This document shows, piece after piece, positions 47,539 through 47,759 of a stretch of 47,759 bases of DNA. Where the stretch lies: positions 1 through 47,759 of the forward strand of contig JANPCG010000003.1 of the NCBI GenBank assembly GCA_031430855.1, written 5' to 3'. The notes under the pieces were generated by a model, which saw only the letters and a program-made list of their open reading frames with translations, ran no database searches and had not been told where the DNA came from. The number at the start of each line of letters is the position of its first letter. Position 1 is the first letter of the stretch. The position numbers and the translations under genes are program-made. This DNA is from Candidatus Kaiserbacteria bacterium. GTDB lineage: Bacteria; Patescibacteriota; Minisyncoccia; Phycocordibacterales; UBA918.

Positions 47539-47759
47539 ATGGCAAATAGGCACCTTTCACGCAGTATCGTTCTTCAGACACTCTTCGAGTGGGATTTAAA
47601 TAGTCTTGGAAAAAGCGCGCTCGCGCAGGTCTTAAATCGCAATGTCGATGAATTTGCTCCGAACAAGTCTGATATGCCGTTTATGGACAAGCTCCTCGAT
47701 GGAGTACTCCAAAAACAAAAAGAACTTGACCTCGTCATAGAGAAAGCAGCGCCCGAGTG
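47539..47759 (+). CDS. nusB: Transcription antitermination factor NusB (3'-truncated; not in the ORF track)
   Basis: MANRHLSRSIVLQTLFEWD..LLDGVLQKQKELDLVIEKAAPE. Confidence 0.88.
   Translation, partial: MANRHLSRSIVLQTLFEWDLNSLGKSALAQVLNRNVDEFAPNKSDMPFMDKLLDGVLQKQKELDLVIEKAAPE

Overview
Fragment of a bacterial chromosome that looks like a CPR/Patescibacteria (Parcubacteria-type) genome. This is inferred from gene content, trimmed PheS/PheT/ThrS/EF-Ts, split transketolase and starts that mostly lack a Shine-Dalgarno (SD) motif. Genetic code is 11 (TGA is used as stop). From left to right: a 5'-truncated giant surface protein (seven-bladed Asp-box propellers, DUF2341-like and LamG-like domains), a WxL/DUF916/Fn3-like surface cluster, gap-rpiB-rpe-tktN-tktC with a convergent PfkB kinase, rplY, a lytic transglycosylase, dgkA, rpmE2, prfA, rpsB-tsf, tRNA-Thr(TGT), a histidine phosphatase, a processive GT2, a PEGA-like protein, pheST, gyrB, a sortase with a probable VPYTG-anchored substrate, thrS with a T-box leader, dnaE, rnhB, rpmF and partial nusB. 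The strongest non-annotated signals are: (1) four dispersed copies of a ~110-125 bp covarying hairpin element that folds on the minus strand; (2) a T-box riboswitch with an atypical Stem I; (3) an rnhB whose 5' end is duplicated around a 239-bp insert and which also carries in-frame palindromes; (4) a tRNA whose leader and trailer extend the acceptor stem by 14 bp; (5) an A-[ST]-[ST]-[ST] motif recurring in exported proteins. No integrase, transposase, reverse transcriptase or CRISPR array is visible. All domain calls were made by eye, with no database search.
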